A stretch of DNA of 64,000 nucleotides from contig JBMOOY010000056.1 in the NCBI GenBank assembly GCA_049324395.1, positions 518 to 64,517 of the forward strand, read 5' to 3'. Source of the stretch: Pseudomonadota bacterium (GTDB lineage: Bacteria; Pseudomonadota; Gammaproteobacteria; Xanthomonadales; Xanthomonadaceae). Below the pieces are notes generated by a model. It did no database searches, was not told the DNA's origin, and saw only the letters and a program-made list of their open reading frames with translations. Shown one piece after another: positions 19,953-29,322 of the stretch (the first letter of the stretch is position 1; every line of letters begins with the position of its first letter). Both the position numbers and the translations under genes were made by a program.

Positions 19953-21083
19953 ATGAGCAGCATCGACTTCACTTCCTTCCTCAAGCTGATGGCGCACCAG
20001 AAGGCGTCCGACCTGTTCATCACCGCGGGCATGCCGCCGGCGATGAAGGTGCACGGCAAGATCTCGCCGATCACCCAGAACGCGCTGACGCCGCAGCAGA
20101 GCCGCGATCTGGTGCTGAACGTGATGACGCCGGCGCAGCGCGAGGAGTTCGAAAAGACCCACGAGTGCAACTTCGCGATCGGCGTCTCCGGCGTCGGCCG
20201 CTTCCGCGTGAGCTGCTTCTACCAGCGCAACCAGGTCGGCATGGTGCTGCGCCGGATCGAATCGAAGATCCCCACGGTCGAGGAACTGGCGCTGCCGCCG
20301 ATCATCAAGACCCTGGCGATGACCAAGCGGGGCATCATCATCTTCGTCGGCGCCACCGGTACCGGCAAATCGACCTCGCTGGCGGCGATGATCGGCTACC
20401 GCAACCAGAACTCCTCGGGCCACATCATCACCATCGAGGACCCGATCGAATTCGTGCACAAGCACGAGGGCTGCATCGTCACCCAGCGCGAGGTCGGCAT
20501 CGACACCGACAGCTGGGAGAACGCGCTGAAGAACACCCTGCGACAGGCGCCGGACGTGATCATGATCGGCGAGGTGCGCACCCGAGAGGGCATGGACTAC
20601 GCCATCGCCTTCGCCGAAACCGGCCATCTGGTGCTGTGCACGCTGCACGCCAACAACGCCAACCAGGCGATGGACCGCATCATCAACTTCTTCCCCGAGG
20701 ATCGCCGCAGCCAACTGCTGATGGACCTGTCGCTGAACATGAAGGGCGTGGTCGCGCAGCAGCTGATTCCGACGCCCGACGGCAAGGGCCGCAAGGTCGC
20801 GATGGAAATCCTGCTCGGCACGCCGCTGGTGCAGGACTACATCCGCGACGGCGAGATCCACAAGCTGAAGGAGGTCATGAAGGAATCGACCAACCTCGGC
20901 ATGAAGACATTCGATCAGGCCCTGTTCGAGTTGTATCAGGCCGGCGAGATCACCTACGAGGACGCGTTGCGCTACGCCGACTCGCAGAACGAGGTGCGCC
21001 TCAAGATCAAGCTCGCCCAGGGCGGCGACGCCCGCACCCTGGCCGCCGGCCTCGACGGCGTGGAAGTGGCCGAGGTTCGCTGA
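19953..21083 (+). CDS. pilU: Twitching motility ATPase
   Basis: GATGTGKSTS, LRQAPDVIMIGEVR, TLHANNA. Follows pilT. Confidence 0.97.
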   Translation: MSSIDFTSFLKLMAHQKASDLFITAGMPPAMKVHGKISPITQNALTPQQSRDLVLNVMTPAQREEFEKTHECNFAIGVSGVGRFRVSCFYQRNQVGMVLRRIESKIPTVEELALPPIIKTLAMTKRGIIIFVGATGTGKSTSLAAMIGYRNQNSSGHIITIEDPIEFVHKHEGCIVTQREVGIDTDSWENALKNTLRQAPDVIMIGEVRTREGMDYAIAFAETGHLVLCTLHANNANQAMDRIINFFPEDRRSQLLMDLSLNMKGVVAQQLIPTPDGKGRKVAMEILLGTPLVQDYIRDGEIHKLKEVMKESTNLGMKTFDQALFELYQAGEITYEDALRYADSQNEVRLKIKLAQGGDARTLAAGLDGVEVAEVR

Positions 21084-21140
21084 CGCATCCCGCCCGTTCC
21101 CGGCCGCTTGTCGCCGTGAAATCGGGGCCGACAAGGAGAA

Positions 21141-21938
21141 GTGGGCATGCACGCTGCACGGCTCGAGGATGAGAAGGTTTCGCTGGCGATCGGGACCGGC
21201 GGTGGCGTCGGCCGCCCGTGGCTGGCGGAGGGCGAGCCCCTCGAGCCCGGCCAACCGCGGCGCCCCCCGGTCACCTCTCCGCGGGACGAGGGTTCGCAAT
21301 CGACCGAACAGGCCCCGGGGTCGGAATCCGGACCCGTCCTGCGGGCGCATCCGTCTCCGCGGGACGGCGAACCGGCGCCGCGACCGGATCTCGAATGGTG
21401 CCCGGTGCTGCCGGAGAAGGACCCGGCGCCGCCGTCCGTCGAATGGAAGGCCGACCCCTGTGCGCTGCTCTCGTCCGAGGGCCGTGCGCAGGGTGGGACC
21501 TGGGGGCCGGAGACGCCGTTGCTGACGGATCCGAAGCACCCGGACCACGCGCTGTACGAGCAGGCCCTGTCGCAATTGCGGCAGCCCGGGCTTTGCGACC
21601 GATTCAACTCTCAGGCGCAGATGGCGCGCGCCGCTGCGGCCATCGCTGCCGAGGCCAAGGAGGCCGGCCTGCGCAGGATCGACGATGTGGTCGTCGGTAC
21701 GGACGGCGGGAAATTCATCGCGATCGAGGGTCCGAATCCGTATGCGCCCGAAGCCCGTCGCGCTGCGGTGGATTACCGGGAGGCGCTGACGCAATCCGTC
21801 GAGCAGAGCACCGCGAAGGTCACGCCGGAGGCCTGTCGGCCGGGTCCGGGAGGGCCGGGCAGGGAGGGGGATCTGCTCTCCGCGCTGGTCCCGCCGTCGG
21901 AATCGATCGAACCCGCGCGATCCTCGCTCCTGCGTTGA
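21141..21938 (+). CDS. XVIPCD-containing protein with a Pro-rich low-complexity N-terminus
   Basis: LLTDPKHPDHALYEQA...AAAIAAEAKEAGLRRIDDVV...FIAIEG...ALTQSVEQST is a canonical XVIPCD. RBS AAGGAG, start GTG 21141 or ATG 21147. Confidence 0.8.
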   Translation: MGMHAARLEDEKVSLAIGTGGGVGRPWLAEGEPLEPGQPRRPPVTSPRDEGSQSTEQAPGSESGPVLRAHPSPRDGEPAPRPDLEWCPVLPEKDPAPPSVEWKADPCALLSSEGRAQGGTWGPETPLLTDPKHPDHALYEQALSQLRQPGLCDRFNSQAQMARAAAAIAAEAKEAGLRRIDDVVVGTDGGKFIAIEGPNPYAPEARRAAVDYREALTQSVEQSTAKVTPEACRPGPGGPGREGDLLSALVPPSESIEPARSSLLR

Positions 21939-22014
21939 GGCTTCGCCCGGAACTTCCAGATCGCGACACGGTCGGATTCCGCGGGTGCGACGGAACGCGC
22001 TCTGGGATGGAACG

Positions 22015-22060
22015 ACGAACGCGCCGTCCGTGCGCCGCCTGCGGGCGGCGCGTTCGTTTC
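22015..22060 (+). terminator. 16-bp stem-loop, probable terminator after the XVIPCD gene
   Basis: ACGAACGCGCCGTCCG (22015-22030) pairs with CGGGCGGCGCGTTCGT (22042-22057) with one G-U pair. Short T tract only. Confidence 0.55.
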
Positions 22061-22141
22061 CGGCACGGCCGCGGGTTACAGTAACGATCCACGAACGCGG
22101 GCCGGCCACGCCGGACGCACTGACAGGACGAGGGCAGGCGG

Positions 22142-23878
22142 GTGAATGCAGTTGTCGAAGCGGGCTCGGAGATCGACGCGGACGCCGTTTCGGCGCCGGG
22201 CGCCGGCGATCGCATCGTCGCCGCGCTGATCGAGAAGGGTCGCCTGAAGGAAGCCGATCTCGCCCGTGCCCAGCGCGTGCAGGAGGACACCGGCGGGGAA
22301 CTGCTGGCGTTGATCGCCCGCCTGGGGCTGGTGTCCGAGCGCGATCATGCCGAGGCCTGCGCCGAGGTGCTGGCCCTGCCGCTGGTGGCGGTCAAGGAAT
22401 TGCCCGATCTGCCGCCGGAGGGCGTCGAACTCACCACGAAGTTCATGAAGCAGTTCGTCGCGGTCCCGGTGGGCGAAAGCGAGTCCCACGTCGCCGTGCT
22501 GATGGCCGATCCCCAGGACGCCTATACCCTCGACGCGATCCGGCTCGCCACCGGACGCGATGTCCGGCCGCTGGTCGGGCTGCGCTCCGAGATCGGCGAT
22601 CTGATCGAGCGCTGGCACGGGCAGGGGCGCAGCGCGATGGGCGCGATCGTCGAGACCGCCGAGGGCGAGGCCGGCGACATCGAGGACGTGGAGCACCTGC
22701 GCGACCTGGCGTCGGAAGCGCCGGTCATCCGCCTCGTCAACCTGATCATCCAGCGCGCGGTCGAACTGCGCGCCTCGGACATCCACATCGAACCGTTCGA
22801 GAACCGGCTGAAGGTGCGCTACCGCATCGACGGCGTGCTCGAAGAGGGCGAGAGTCCGCCGGCCAACCTCACCGCGGCGGTCATTTCGCGCGTGAAGATC
22901 ATGGCCAAGCTCAACATCGCCGAGCGCCGCCTGCCGCAGGACGGCCGGATCATGATCCGTGTCCAGGGCAAGGAGTTGGACCTGCGCGTCAGCACGGTGC
23001 CGACCGCGCACGGCGAATCGGTGGTGATGCGTCTGCTCGACCGCGAAACGGTGGTCTTCGATTTCCACAAGCTCGGCTTCACCGACGACTTCCTGCCGCA
23101 GTTCCAGCGCGTGCTGGAGCAGCCGCACGGCATCCTGCTGGTCACCGGTCCGACCGGCTCGGGCAAGACCACCACGCTCTACACCGCGCTGTCGAAGCTC
23201 AACACGCCCGACGTCAAGATCATCACCGTCGAGGACCCGGTCGAATACCAGATCGAGGGCATCAACCAGATCCAGGCGAAGCCGCAGATCGGGCTCGATT
23301 TCGCGCATGCGCTGCGCAGCATCGTGCGCCAGGACCCGGACATCATCATGATCGGCGAAATGCGCGATCTGGAAACGTGCAAGATCGCGATCCAGTCCGC
23401 GCTCACCGGCCACCTGGTGCTGTCCACGCTGCACACCAACAACGCCGCCGGCGGCATCACCCGCCTGCTCGACATGGGCGTCGAGGACTATCTGCTGACC
23501 TCGACCATCAACGGCATCCTCGCCCAGCGCCTCGTGCGCCGGCTGGAGCCGACCCACGCCGAGCGCTACGAGGCGTCGCCGGAGGAGATCGAGAAGTTCA
23601 ACCTGCGTCGTTACCGTCCCGAGGGCACGATCCATCTGTATCGCCCGCGCGGTTCGGCGATCGCGCCCAGCGGTTACGTCGGCCGGACCACGATCATGGA
23701 ATTCCTGGTCATGAACGACGAGATCCGCCGCGCGGTGATGCGCCATGCCGGCATGGGCGAGCTCGAGCAGCTGGCCCGCCAGGCCGGGATGCGCACGATG
23801 TACGAGGACGGCATCGCCAAGGCGCTCGCCGGGGTGACCACGATCGAGGAAGTGCTGCGCGTGACCGAGGACGCCTGA
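22142..23878 (+). CDS. gspE: T2SS ATPase GspE (XpsE)
   Basis: SDIHIEP, LPQDGR, GPTGSGKTTT, LRSIVRQDPD, LSTLHTN. Confidence 0.97.
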   Translation: MNAVVEAGSEIDADAVSAPGAGDRIVAALIEKGRLKEADLARAQRVQEDTGGELLALIARLGLVSERDHAEACAEVLALPLVAVKELPDLPPEGVELTTKFMKQFVAVPVGESESHVAVLMADPQDAYTLDAIRLATGRDVRPLVGLRSEIGDLIERWHGQGRSAMGAIVETAEGEAGDIEDVEHLRDLASEAPVIRLVNLIIQRAVELRASDIHIEPFENRLKVRYRIDGVLEEGESPPANLTAAVISRVKIMAKLNIAERRLPQDGRIMIRVQGKELDLRVSTVPTAHGESVVMRLLDRETVVFDFHKLGFTDDFLPQFQRVLEQPHGILLVTGPTGSGKTTTLYTALSKLNTPDVKIITVEDPVEYQIEGINQIQAKPQIGLDFAHALRSIVRQDPDIIMIGEMRDLETCKIAIQSALTGHLVLSTLHTNNAAGGITRLLDMGVEDYLLTSTINGILAQRLVRRLEPTHAERYEASPEEIEKFNLRRYRPEGTIHLYRPRGSAIAPSGYVGRTTIMEFLVMNDEIRRAVMRHAGMGELEQLARQAGMRTMYEDGIAKALAGVTTIEEVLRVTEDA

Positions 23879-23932
23879 GGCGTCGGCGGCGGTGCAGGGG
23901 GGCGGAACGGGGGTTCTGATGAGGGGATGCGC

Positions 23933-24817
23933 ATGAAGAAGGGAGTTCTCGTCGCCGTCGCGATCGCGACGGTCGCCGTCGCCGCGGCGGCCGGCTGGTG
24001 GTTCGGACGCGAAGGTTCGGGACCCGGCTCGGCCGCGGACGCGTCCGAAGCGGCACGACCGCTGACCGCCGCCGAACGCACCGCGCGGGCCGAGCGCCTG
24101 CGCAAGGCGCGAGAGCACCGCCACCATCTCTGGCGCGAAGCGTCCTACGTCGAGATCCGCCAGGCGGCGACCGATGGCGATGCCGTCGCCCAGCGCCGGC
24201 TGTCCGAGATCTACGAGGACTGCGCCGCCTATGCCGGACCGATGAGCGGCGCGATGCGCATCATCGGCTCGATGGCCAAGGCCAAACCCGCCTCCGAACG
24301 GACGGTGATCGGGATCTACAACGACTACAAGCGTTTCTGCGTGCAGGCCGAAGCCGATCTGCGCAGGAATCCCGGCGCCGCCGACTATTGGCTGCATCGC
24401 AGCGCCAAATCCGGCGATCTCACCGCGGAAATGCGCTATTTCGGCAGGACGGTGGTCAATCTCGACCCGGAGCAGGTGCGGTATTTCGTCGGCAAGCTGA
24501 AGGCTTCGCCCGAGCCGGACGCGATGTTCGAGATGTCGCTGCTGTTGCCGAAACTGCGCGAGGAATGGCCGGACGCCGCCCAGGCGCCCGCCTTCAACAA
24601 CGCCGTCGCCCAGCACGCCTGGGCAGTCGCGGCCTGCCGCGCGGGCCACGACTGCGTGGCCGGTTCGCGGGTCATGAATCTGCTCTGCGTGGGCATGCTT
24701 TCCTGCGACCAGCCCGATTACGAACGCTATCTGGCCCTGACCACGGGGTACCTCGAACAGCGGGCGACCGTCGAGCGGCTGGTCGCGATGATCGACCGCG
24801 ACATCCTCGAGCGCTGA
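23933..24817 (+). CDS. Membrane-anchored hypothetical protein with Sel1-like motifs and 6 Cys, between gspE and gspF
   Basis: N-terminal TM segment. AATDGDAVAQRRLSEIY and YWLHRSAKSGDLTA resemble Sel1 repeats. CRAGHDC and CVGMLSC motifs. Confidence 0.75.
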   Translation: MKKGVLVAVAIATVAVAAAAGWWFGREGSGPGSAADASEAARPLTAAERTARAERLRKAREHRHHLWREASYVEIRQAATDGDAVAQRRLSEIYEDCAAYAGPMSGAMRIIGSMAKAKPASERTVIGIYNDYKRFCVQAEADLRRNPGAADYWLHRSAKSGDLTAEMRYFGRTVVNLDPEQVRYFVGKLKASPEPDAMFEMSLLLPKLREEWPDAAQAPAFNNAVAQHAWAVAACRAGHDCVAGSRVMNLLCVGMLSCDQPDYERYLALTTGYLEQRATVERLVAMIDRDILER

Positions 24818-24955
24818 GCCGCCCCGCCCGGGCGGCTCCGGGGAACCTTCGACGCCCGGCGGGCTCCCATTCGTCGGTGGCGGCCGATATCCTCCCACCC
24901 CTGACCGGACGCCCGCCCGCGGGCGTTCCCGCCCACGACCTTTCGATTCGCGCCC

Positions 24956-26167
24956 ATGCCCCTGTACCGCTACAAAGCCCTGAACAGCCGCGGCGAGGTC
25001 CTCGACGGGCAGATGGAGGCCGCCAGCGACGCCGAAGTGGCGCACCGGCTGCAGGAGCAGGGCCATCTGCCGATGGAGGCCCGCCTGGCCTCGGCCGGCG
25101 GCGACCTGGCGTGGCGGAATCTCTTCAAGCCCAAACCCTTCGCCGGCGCGCGCCTGGTCCAGTTCACCCAGCAGCTGGCGACCCTGCTCGGCGCGGGCCA
25201 GCCGCTCGATCGCGCGCTGTCGATTCTGCTCGAACTGCCCGAGGACGAGGTCGCGCGCCGCACGATCCTCGACATTCGCGACGCGGTCCGCGGCGGCACG
25301 TCGCTGTCGGTGGCGCTGGAGCGTCAGCACGGCGCGTTCTCGCGCTTCTACGTGAACATGATCCGCGCCGGCGAAAGCGGCGGCAGCCTGCACGACACGC
25401 TGCAGCGCCTCGCCGATTATCTCGAGCGCAGTCGTGCGCTCCGCGGTCGGGTGATCAACGCGCTGATCTATCCGGCGATCCTGATGACCATGGTCGGATT
25501 CTCGCTGTTGTTCCTGCTCGGTTACGTCGTGCCGCAGTTCGCGGCGATGTACGAGAACCTCGACAGTCCGCTGCCGTGGTTCTCGCGATTCGTGCTGGGG
25601 CTGGGACTGTTCGTGCGCGACTGGTGGTGGCTGCTGCTCGGCGTGCCCGCGGCCGCGGTGTGGTGGCTCGCCCGCCGCCTGCGCCAACCGGAAGTGCGCG
25701 CGCGCTTCGACGAATGGTTGCTCCGCCAGAAGATCGCCGGCCCGATCGTCGCCAGGATGGAAACCGCGCGCCTGGCGCGCACCGTCGGCACGCTGTTGAA
25801 GAACGGCGTGCCGCTGCTCACCGCGCTCGGCATCGGCGGCCGCATTCTCGGGAACCAAGCGCTGATCGGCGATGTCGAAACCGCTGCAGGCGAAGTGAAG
25901 AACGGCGTCGGGCTCTCGGCGGCGCTGGGCAAGGGAAAGAAGTTCCCGCGCCTCGCGCTGCAGATGATCCAGGTCGGCGAGGAGTCCGGCGCGCTCGAGG
26001 CGATGCTGCTGAAGACCGCGGATACCTTCGAGGCCGAGACCGGGCAGGCGCTCGACCGGATGCTGGCGATGCTGGTGCCGGTGATCACCGTGGTGATGGC
26101 CGTGGTCATCGGATTCATCATCATGGCCCTGCTGTTGCCGATGTACGAACTGACCGGCGCGCTCTGA
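24956..26167 (+). CDS. gspF: T2SS inner-membrane platform protein GspF (XpsF)
   Basis: MPLYRYKAL, FTQQLATLLGAG, AGESGGSL, ALIYP, VGEESGAL. Confidence 0.97.
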   Translation: MPLYRYKALNSRGEVLDGQMEAASDAEVAHRLQEQGHLPMEARLASAGGDLAWRNLFKPKPFAGARLVQFTQQLATLLGAGQPLDRALSILLELPEDEVARRTILDIRDAVRGGTSLSVALERQHGAFSRFYVNMIRAGESGGSLHDTLQRLADYLERSRALRGRVINALIYPAILMTMVGFSLLFLLGYVVPQFAAMYENLDSPLPWFSRFVLGLGLFVRDWWWLLLGVPAAAVWWLARRLRQPEVRARFDEWLLRQKIAGPIVARMETARLARTVGTLLKNGVPLLTALGIGGRILGNQALIGDVETAAGEVKNGVGLSAALGKGKKFPRLALQMIQVGEESGALEAMLLKTADTFEAETGQALDRMLAMLVPVITVVMAVVIGFIIMALLLPMYELTGAL

Positions 26168-26229
26168 GCGCTGCCGCGACCTTCCTCCGATCCTTCGAAT
26201 CCACCACCCTTCACAACGGAACGACCGAC

Positions 26230-26670
26230 ATGCGCCACACACGCCCGCTTCGCCGCACCGCGCCGCACCGCTCGCAGGCCGGCATGACCCTGATCGAGAT
26301 CATGATCGTCATCGTGCTGATCGGCGGCGTGCTCGCCGTGGTCGGCGGCTCGATCTTCGGCAACAAGGACAAGGCCAACCACAAGCTCGCCCGCATCCAG
26401 GTCGACAAGGTGGCCGCCATGGTCGAGCAGTACAACGACGACGTCGGCGAATATCCGCGTTCGCTCGAGGACCTCGTCGCCGATCCGCAGATCAACGGCT
26501 GGCTCGGTCCCTACGCCCAGGAAAAGGATCTCAAGGATCCGTTCAACAAGCCGCTGCAGTACACCGTGCCCGGCGAGAACGGCGCGTTCGACCTCATCAG
26601 CTACGGCAAGGACGGCCGCCCCGGCGGCAGCAGCGTCGACGGCGACATCCGCTACGGTGACGCCGGCTGA
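26230..26670 (+). CDS. gspG: Major pseudopilin GspG
   Basis: Prepilin motif QAG|MTLIEIMIV, GWLGPY, DPFNKP, LISYGKDG. Confidence 0.96.
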   Translation: MRHTRPLRRTAPHRSQAGMTLIEIMIVIVLIGGVLAVVGGSIFGNKDKANHKLARIQVDKVAAMVEQYNDDVGEYPRSLEDLVADPQINGWLGPYAQEKDLKDPFNKPLQYTVPGENGAFDLISYGKDGRPGGSSVDGDIRYGDAG

Positions 26671-26699
26671 TTCGCTGCCGACGTTCCGGGTCCGATGCG

Positions 26700-27191
26700 A
26701 TGAACGCAAGCGCCGCGCGAGCTCGGACCCATCGCGCCCGTGCCGCCGCGCGCGGGTTCAGCCTGCTCGAAATGCTGGTCGTCGTGACCCTGATCGCCGC
26801 GCTGAGCGCGGTCCTGATCGGCGCGATGAACGGCGGCATGGACGGTCTGCGCATGCGGTCCGCGGCGAAGACGCTCGCGGCCGAATTGCGCTTCGCGCGC
26901 GCGCAGGCGATCGCCACCGGCACCGTGCAGCGGTTCGCGATCGTGCCCGACAAGCGCACCTGGACCGGCGCGAAGGATCGGCGCGGCGAATTGCCCAAGG
27001 CCTTCGAGGTGACCTTCACGGGCGTGCGTCAGGTGCAGTCGCGCGAAGGCGAGGGCGTGATCCTGTTCTTCGAGGACGGCGCGTCCACCGGCGGTCGCAT
27101 CCAGCTGCGCCGCGACAACGCCGCCTGGAACGTCGACGTGACCTGGCTCACCGGCGAAGTCGGCCTGCACCGCGGCGAGGTCGAACGGTGA
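26700..27191 (+). CDS. gspH: Minor pseudopilin GspH
   Basis: RG|FSLLEMLVV, ILFFEDGASTGG. Confidence 0.93.
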   Translation: MNASAARARTHRARAAARGFSLLEMLVVVTLIAALSAVLIGAMNGGMDGLRMRSAAKTLAAELRFARAQAIATGTVQRFAIVPDKRTWTGAKDRRGELPKAFEVTFTGVRQVQSREGEGVILFFEDGASTGGRIQLRRDNAAWNVDVTWLTGEVGLHRGEVER

Positions 27192-27643
27192 CGCGCCCGC
27201 GGTCCGCGTCGCGTCGCGCAGCGCAGCGCGGCTATACGCTCATCGAAGTGGTGGTCGCGTTCGGCCTGCTCGCCTTCGGCATGAGCCTGCTGCTCGGCTC
27301 CCTGTCCAACGCGAGCAAGCAGGTGCGGGCCTCCGACGAATACGGTCGTGCGGCGCTGCACGCGCAATCGCTGCTCGACCAGGCCGGCGTCGGCGAAGCG
27401 CTGTCGGTCGGTCGGCGCGATGGCGAACTCGACGGCGGACGCTATCGCTGGGAGATGGCGGTCGCGCCGTATCGCGATCCCGGCGCGCCGCCGCGGCAGC
27501 CGCAGGCGCTCGGCGCGCCGCAATTGCTGCAACTGGATCTGACGGTGCAATGGGGCGAGGGCGGGCCGAAGCAGCGCCTGCACGTGCGCTCGTTGCGTCT
27601 GGTCACGCCCACCGACGTCAACGCCGCGGGCGTGGTGCCGTGA
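27188..27643 (+). CDS. gspI: Minor pseudopilin GspI
   Basis: QRG|[14 protein letters not shown] overlap with gspH. Confidence 0.92.
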   Translation: MTRPRSASRRAAQRGYTLIEVVVAFGLLAFGMSLLLGSLSNASKQVRASDEYGRAALHAQSLLDQAGVGEALSVGRRDGELDGGRYRWEMAVAPYRDPGAPPRQPQALGAPQLLQLDLTVQWGEGGPKQRLHVRSLRLVTPTDVNAAGVVP

Positions 27644-28293
27644 ACGCACGCCGCCGCGCCGCCGGTTTCACCTTGATGGAGATTCTGGTCGCGACCGCGC
27701 TGCTGGCCGCGGCGATGGCGCTGGCCTTCGCGACCTTGCGCGCGGCGTCGGCGGCGGCCACCCGCGGCGAGCAGAAGGCGCAGCGCAACGAGCGCATGCG
27801 CGCGGTCGAAGGCTTCCTGCGTCGGCGCATCGCTTCGGCGCTGCCGGTCGCTTACGAGGTCGATCCGCGCAGCGGCATTCCCGCGCGCTTCCTCGGCGAA
27901 TCCGATCGCATGCGCTTCGTCGCCGACCTGCCGCCGTATCTCGGTCGCGGCGGGCCGCATCTGCACGAGATCGGCGTGGTCGACGACGGCGCCGGCGGCC
28001 TGCGCCTGGAGGTCGAATTCGCGGTGGTGTTGGCCAACCAGATCGTCGAGGAGCGCGATCCGCGTCCGCCGGAGCGGCTGGTCGACGGGCTGCGCGAGGT
28101 GAAGATCTCCTATCGCGCCCTGGACGCGCAGAACCGCATCGGCGAGTGGCAGGATCGCTGGCAGCAGGTCGATCGCATGCCGATGCAGGTGCGGATCGAG
28201 ATCGTCGACGCTCGCGGCGAACGCTGGCCGCCGGTGGTGGTGTCGCTGCCGCAGGCCGGCAGCTACGGCGGCTTCTCGCAGGTGCCGTTCTGA
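27640..28293 (+). CDS. gspJ: Minor pseudopilin GspJ
   Basis: AG|[13 protein letters not shown] overlap with gspI. Confidence 0.92.
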   Translation: MNARRRAAGFTLMEILVATALLAAAMALAFATLRAASAAATRGEQKAQRNERMRAVEGFLRRRIASALPVAYEVDPRSGIPARFLGESDRMRFVADLPPYLGRGGPHLHEIGVVDDGAGGLRLEVEFAVVLANQIVEERDPRPPERLVDGLREVKISYRALDAQNRIGEWQDRWQQVDRMPMQVRIEIVDARGERWPPVVVSLPQAGSYGGFSQVPF

Positions 28294-29174
28294 TGCCCGC
28301 CGCACGTCCCTTCCGCGCATCGCGCGTCGACGCCGGCGCCGCGCTGCTGCTGGTGCTGTGGCTGATCGCGCTGCTGACGGCGGTGGTCGGCGCCTTCGCG
28401 CTGATCGCCCGCGTCGAATACCTGCAGGGGCGCACCCTGAGCCAGGGCGTCGTCGCCGATCAGGCGGCGCGCGCCGGGCTGGAATACGCGATGACCCGGG
28501 TGGTCGACTTCGACCCGACCCGGCAATGGCTGCCCGACGGACGCGAGTACGCCTGGGAGTTCGGCGATGCCGAGGTGACCATCGCCATCGTCGACGAATC
28601 GGGCAAGGTCGACATCAACGGCGCGGATCTGGACCTGCTGGCCGGGCTGCTCCAGGCCGTGGGCACCGAGCGGGGGCCCGCGCGCAAGCTCGCCTCGGCG
28701 ATCATCGACTGGCGCGATCCCGACAGCCTGACCCAGGCCGAGGGCGGCGCCGAGGACGGGGACTACGCGTCGGAAGGGCTGCCTTACGGCGCCAAGGACG
28801 CGCCGTTCGAGACCGCGGCCGAGCTGCAGCTCGTGCTGGGCATGTCCCAGGCGCTGTTCGAAAAACTGGCGCCGCACATCACCGTCTACAGCGGCCAGGG
28901 CCGACCCAACGAGCAGTACGCCAGCGCCGAAGTGCTGCGCGCGATGGGCGTGGATGCGGAGCGGGCGCTGGCCGAACGTCGCCGGCCGCGGCAGCCCGGG
29001 GAGGCCGGAGCGCTCGTCGGTGCCGGCACGGGAACGTATAGTATCGACAGCCGGGCGCGGTTGCGTGGCGGTCGCGTGTCGGTGCTGCGCGCCGTCGTGC
29101 GCGCCGGCAACAGCGGGATGCCCGGTTCGGCCTACACCCCGCTGCGCTGGGAAGAAGGCGCCATTCTGCGATGA
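28293..29174 (+). CDS. gspK: Minor pseudopilin GspK
   Basis: [35 protein letters not shown]. Confidence 0.94.
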   Translation: MPAARPFRASRVDAGAALLLVLWLIALLTAVVGAFALIARVEYLQGRTLSQGVVADQAARAGLEYAMTRVVDFDPTRQWLPDGREYAWEFGDAEVTIAIVDESGKVDINGADLDLLAGLLQAVGTERGPARKLASAIIDWRDPDSLTQAEGGAEDGDYASEGLPYGAKDAPFETAAELQLVLGMSQALFEKLAPHITVYSGQGRPNEQYASAEVLRAMGVDAERALAERRRPRQPGEAGALVGAGTGTYSIDSRARLRGGRVSVLRAVVRAGNSGMPGSAYTPLRWEEGAILR

Positions 29175-29322
29175 GCTCCGGAATGCGCCCGTTCCCCGCC
29201 CCGTCGGTGTCCTGTCGAGGGTTCCGAACCTTTCGGAGCCCGAGTTGTCATGTGATGACGTCGCCCGCGGCTGCGGGGCGGCGTCGCCGATCCATCGAGG
29301 ACCGTTTCCGAGAGGGCTGTTT

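Noticed and set aside
22075-22085. GTTAC-A-GTAAC palindrome before gspE as an operator
   Set aside because: Only 5-bp arms and it overlaps a plausible -10 box; no regulator can be assigned.
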